From: Fonticula alba ATCC 38817 | Taxonomy: Eukaryota; Protista; Nucleariida | Assembly (NCBI GenBank): GCA_000388065.2 | Contig: KB932219.1 | Strand: one strand, 5' to 3' | DNA length: 10,415 bases | In this document: in pieces, positions 7,201-10,415 of the stretch | How positions within the stretch are numbered: position 1 is the first letter of the stretch | Layout: the number at the start of each line of letters is the position of its first letter | The notes under the pieces: generated by a model | The model's database searches: none | The model's input: only the letters and a program-made list of their open reading frames with translations | What the model was told of the DNA's origin: nothing | Made by a program: the position numbers and the translations under genes

Positions 7201-9351
7201 AGGTGGAGGTGCACCTGCTGCGTGGGGACACGTCCATCAAGCAGATCCCCCACTCGGATGCCGTGAGCAAGCTGCTCGAGGGGCTGGATGGCTCGGTGCT
7301 GTGGGTGGGACAGGTGCGCCGGCGGCGCCAGGCCATTGATCTGCGTGGGGTTCCCTGTCTGGCGTCCGACTGACGAGCGTGGCTCCCGGCGGCCGGGCGC
7401 AGGAGGTGGGGTTGCGCCTGGCGGGGAGGGCCCTGCGAGCGCGCGTGACCCGGCTGCTGGATGTCAAGCTGGCGCCCCGGCGCTCGGGGCTCCTCTTGAT
7501 GGACCACACGCGGGCCCTTGTGCATGTCAGCTCCCCGGATTTGGCGTATCGGGTGGTGGATCCGCCGCTGACGGTGTCGCTGCAGGTGCCGCGGCTGGCC
7601 GAGCCCATCCGCCTGCCGGCGGTCAACAAGCCCGGCTCGCTGGCGATGGCCAACCGGCAGGTGCTGCTTTCGGAGCGGACCATGAACGGGCTTCGGCCGT
7701 ACTTCCTGCAGGACGAGATGGATGTGCTGTTCAACGGCAAGTTCCAGATGACGTGCGCCCCCTGCGGCCCTCGGCCGGCATGCCTGCACGCGCATTGGCG
7801 GGCTTGGACTGACACGTGGTGACGGGCGGGCCGGCGCGCCCAGCGGGCGCGGCAAGTCCGGGATCCGGCGCAACCAGGCGGTCCTCGGGGAGAGCCTGCG
7901 CTGGCCGGTCATGGACACGATTTTCCTGACGCCCGACCGGACGCCGGACGTGTGGTCGGCCTTCTGCCAGGTCACCTGGGCCGGGGACGGCAAGCCGCCA
8001 GCGCTGGACGTCCAGCAGCTGGAGGACCTCCTCTTCCGGACCCTTCCCCGGTCCCCGTGCTCGGACCAGGTGCGCGAGCGAGGCTGAGGGGCCGGCCACA
8101 GGGGGAGAGGGGGGCGTTGTCTCCTGATTTGCATCTGCGCGCGACCGCATGCTGGCGTGCAGCTGCATGCTGGTGCACGATCGCATGCTGGTGCATGATC
8201 GCATGCTGGTGCATGATCGCATGCTGCTGCACGATCGCATGCTATTGCACGATCGTATGCTGTTGCACGATCGTATGCTGGTGCACGATCGTATGCTGGT
8301 GCACGATCGTATGCTGGCGTACAATCGCATGCTGGCGTACAATCGCATCCAGTTACACAGCCGCATGCTGGCGTACAATCGCATCCAGTTGCACAACCGC
8401 ACCCAGTTGCACAGCCGCATGCTAGTGTACATCCGCACCCAGTTGCACAGCCGCATCCAGCTGCACAGCCGCATCCAGCTGCACAGCCGCACCCGGTTGC
8501 ACAATCCCCCCTACAGCCGCATTCCCACACGCGCACACACACGCATGTGGACCAGCAGGAAGAGCAAGGCCAGACACTAACCACCACTCCGCCCGGGACA
8601 GACGTACCGCGGGGTGCCGGGCTACCCGGAGATGGGCTTCACCCTGACCAACATGCTGACGGCGGATAATGTGAGCATTATGATCGGGACCGTGGCCGCG
8701 GGGCTGACGCGCGTGTCCTTCGACACCTCGGGCAGCGGGATAGCGGTGGCCCTGCCGCCGGCGGCCATGCTGCTTGCCGGCCGGCGGACACTGCTGCTGG
8801 AGCTGGCCTTCGTGCGGTCCAAGTCGCCGCTGTACTCGGGGCTGATGCTGCCGCGGGAGGTTTTCCAGCTGCTGTTCGAGACGCTTGGCGAGGCGGCCCT
8901 GCCGGAGTGCCTGTTCTTCCAGCTCCATGGGCGGACCTTTTTCGCGAGGCCGGCCGACGCGCACGACGCCCCGCGAGCCATACGCCTGTGCGAGGATTTC
9001 CGGCACTTCGTCACGGATGTCTCGGGGCCGGCGCTGCCCTGGGTGCGCCTGCGCACCCCGGTCCGCCTGGGCATGGTGCACTTGCGCGTGGCCCCGGCCG
9101 GCGGCATGGCGCGGCCGGCGACCACCAGCCTCACCGAGGGGGACCTGCATGCGGCCCTGGGCCGGGTGTTCCCGGACTCGGTTGTGGTGCTGCTCGAGGC
9201 CCGGGCCCTGGTGGTCGAGGGGCTGGTCCTCACGCCGGAGCTGCTGCTGGACACCAATGAGCAGGAAATCCCCTGTGGTCTTCTCTGCCCGGAGGCGACG
9301 CGGGTGGTCTTCCACTTGAAGGCCGTGACGCTGGGCCGGGCCGCCGACTGA
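4255..9351 (+). CDS. Gene B (spliced, about 1220 aa plus gap): six tandem NSF/Sec18/Cdc48 N-domain-like modules, no ATPase domain
   Basis: ATG 4255 (alternative in-frame ATG 4336). Exons 4255-4523, 4624-4855, 4934-5307, 5381-5603, 5672-6009, 6117-6475 (spans N-gap), 6564-6973 (or 6561), 7070-7313, 7403-7752, 7844-8069, 8602-9351 (TGA). All ten introns are GT..AG with CTRAC-like branch motifs, and phases alternate 2,0,2,0,2,0,2,0,2,0. Module 3 'EADQLKADFLRAHQGALVHVDQALAFESQG' resembles human NSF '[29 protein letters not shown]' (recalled from memory, compared by eye). Gene structure is better supported than the domain call. Confidence 0.82.
4280..4309. repeat. Perfect 30-bp palindrome (GGC/GCC triplets) in the poly-Ala coding stretch of gene B
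   Basis: C-GGCGGCGGCGGCGG-CCGCCGCCGCCGCC-G, self-complementary. Confidence 0.95.
6187..6311. other. Assembly gap (125 N) inside gene B exon 6
   Basis: Run of N between the codons for ...LGLP and AAPLVLER... Confidence 0.99.
8070..8601 (+). other. Expanded last intron of gene B (532 nt, phase 0)
   Basis: Donor CAG|GTGCGC, branch ACTAAC 8576-8581, acceptor GACAG|ACG. Same position as gene A intron 1517-1942. Confidence 0.85.
8149..8508. repeat. 18-bp minisatellite, about 20 units, grading from ATGCTGGTGCACGATCGC to ATCCAGTTGCACAGCCGC, intronic
   Basis: 18-nt periodicity is readable unit by unit from 8149; ORF 8149..8580 shows the matching hexapeptide periodicity. Confidence 0.95.
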
Positions 9352-9610
9352 GGATGCTGCCCGGGCACATGCCACCGTGTGGCCGGGGGCGCCGGGCTCG
9401 GCCGGCCGGCCGGCCGGCGGGCAGCCCTTCGAGCGCACCCTGGGCGGCGCCGCACATACAACACACCCATGGAAGCAAAGGGGTCCCCGCAAAGGGCAGA
9501 GGCAAGGCCCCCGGGCGCGTCGGGGCCGCGAGGCGAGAGCCGCCCCGGCCAGGAGTGGGGGCCGAGCGCGCGAGCCGGTGCCGGGCCGGGGGGGGGGGGG
9601 GGCCGATGGC

Positions 9611-9626
9611 ACAACAAACATAAAAA
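9611..9626 (+). promoter_or_regulatory. Putative polyadenylation element of gene B
   Basis: acaacaaacataaaaa resembles the gene A 3' patch (acaaacaccaataaa); about 260 nt after the stop; non-canonical CATAAA. Confidence 0.35.
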
Positions 9627-10072
9627 GCCCGACTGTCGGGCGGCGGAGTCTCGCGGGGAGATGCGCCGCGTCAATGAGGACTATTTTATTGCGGAGAATA
9701 TATCGGTGTGAACAACAGCAAGCCGGCCCCAAAAATACCCGGTTCTGCACAAAGAGAACGGGAGCCCGGCACCTGCCGCGTCGTCCTCGTCTGATGGGGG
9801 GGACTGTGGCCCGTGCTGCTGATGCCGTGGGCCTGGCGCGGGGGCGTGTCCTGTGCCCGGGGTGTGGGCGGGCCCCCGGCCGGGAGGGTGCCCCCATAGT
9901 CTTGGTCTCGGCCCGGTGCGCTCTTGCATCGGCCCGGTGCGACGGGTGTGGACAGCAAAGGGTATCCCGGAGCCGGGCGCCTCGTGTCGGCGGCCAGGGC
10001 GACGGGGGCAGCCCGCCGGGCACACCACCGACGCGGGATAAAAGCCCCCACACCGGGCATAAACCCATCACC

Positions 10073-10145
10073 GGGGGCGTAGCTCAAATGGTAGAGCGGC
10101 CGCTTAGCATGCGGCAGGCAGGGGGATCGATACCCTCCGCCTCCA
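10073..10145 (+). tRNA. tRNA-Ala(AGC): tRNA-Ala (anticodon AGC), eukaryotic type, no intron, CCA not encoded
   Basis: 73-nt cloverleaf: acceptor GGGGGCG/CGCCTCC with the G3:U70 alanine identity pair, D-arm GCTC/GAGC, anticodon stem GCCGC/GCGGC with loop TTAGCAT (AGC at 10106-10108), T-arm GGGGG/CCCTC with loop ATCGATA (A54, typical of eukaryotic tRNA-Ala), discriminator A73. Confidence 0.97.
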
Positions 10146-10155
10146 TTTTTCTTTT
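10146..10155 (+). terminator. RNA polymerase III terminator (T-tract)
   Basis: TTTTTCTTTT immediately after the tRNA discriminator base. Confidence 0.9.
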
Positions 10156-10215
10156 GCGCGTGCGATCCTGCCCGGGGGGGGGCGCCAAGCGAAGGGCGCG
10201 CCGGTTGTTACCACA

Positions 10216-10237
10216 AGAGAGAGTGAGAGAGAGAGAG
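10216..10237. repeat. (GA)n microsatellite, one interruption
   Basis: agagagagtgagagagagagag. Confidence 0.8.
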
Positions 10238-10415
10238 GCCCCCAATGGCGGCGCTCGTGTTTTTATTTTCTTCTGCAGAGCGGCGCGCGGCCCCTCCGGG
10301 CCCGGGCCCGGGGGCGCTGCCGGCGGGACCCGAGCGGGCGGGGGGCTCGCCGGTGTTTGGCCGGGGGGACTTCGGCCGCGCGGGGCCGGCGTGCGTGCGT
10401 GCGGGCTCGGGGCCG

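Noticed and set aside
7844-7865. 'GRGKSG' in gene B as a possible Walker A/P-loop
   Set aside because: The spliced context QMTGRGKS lacks the first Gly of GxxxxGK[ST], gene A has 'VPKLKYG' at the same position, and no Walker B follows.
8149-8508. 18-bp and 12-bp arrays as CRISPR arrays
   Set aside because: The units are directly tandem with no unique spacers, the context is a eukaryotic intron, and there are no cas genes.
401-10071. Long minus-strand ORFs (401..1543, 7052..8587, 8422..10071, 8622..9674)
   Set aside because: They are antisense shadows of GC3-rich coding exons and stop-free repeats, have low-complexity R/P/A/G composition, and are not conserved between paralogs.
9681-10087. 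Minus-strand ORFs 9681..10028 and 9686..10087 as a small gene using the AATAAA at 9685-9690
   Set aside because: Low-complexity translations with no recognisable domain; one overlaps the tRNA; no supporting splice pattern.
1-10415. Herpesvirus-like or other viral/prokaryotic origin suggested by high GC and repeats
   Set aside because: Dense spliceosomal introns, a eukaryote-type tRNA-Ala(AGC) with Pol III terminator and no encoded CCA, and no viral hallmark genes.

Overview
Very GC-rich (about 70% or more by eye) eukaryotic genomic DNA with two N-gaps (2969-3913, 6187-6311), probably from a unicellular eukaryote; the taxon cannot be fixed from sequence alone. Most of the ORF track is noise from GC richness, N-gaps and intron read-through. 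Manual splicing (GTRCG-type donors, CTRAC-type branch points, YAG acceptors) resolves two head-to-tail paralogous intron-rich genes on the + strand. Gene A is present only as its 3' half (3-2692). Gene B looks complete (4255-9351, 11 exons, about 1220 aa plus a small gap). By eye, gene B consists of six tandem modules resembling the NSF/Sec18/Cdc48 N-domain (double-psi beta-barrel plus CDC48_2 subdomain) and has no AAA ATPase domain. Modules 1-5 each carry a phase-2 and a phase-0 intron at equivalent positions. The paralogs share a ~98% identical block that ends abruptly at an acidic hexamer repeat, and their last introns carry different minisatellites. A tRNA-Ala(AGC) gene with a Pol III terminator lies at 10073-10145. 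Domain assignments are by-eye comparisons with remembered sequences and need HMM or structure confirmation.
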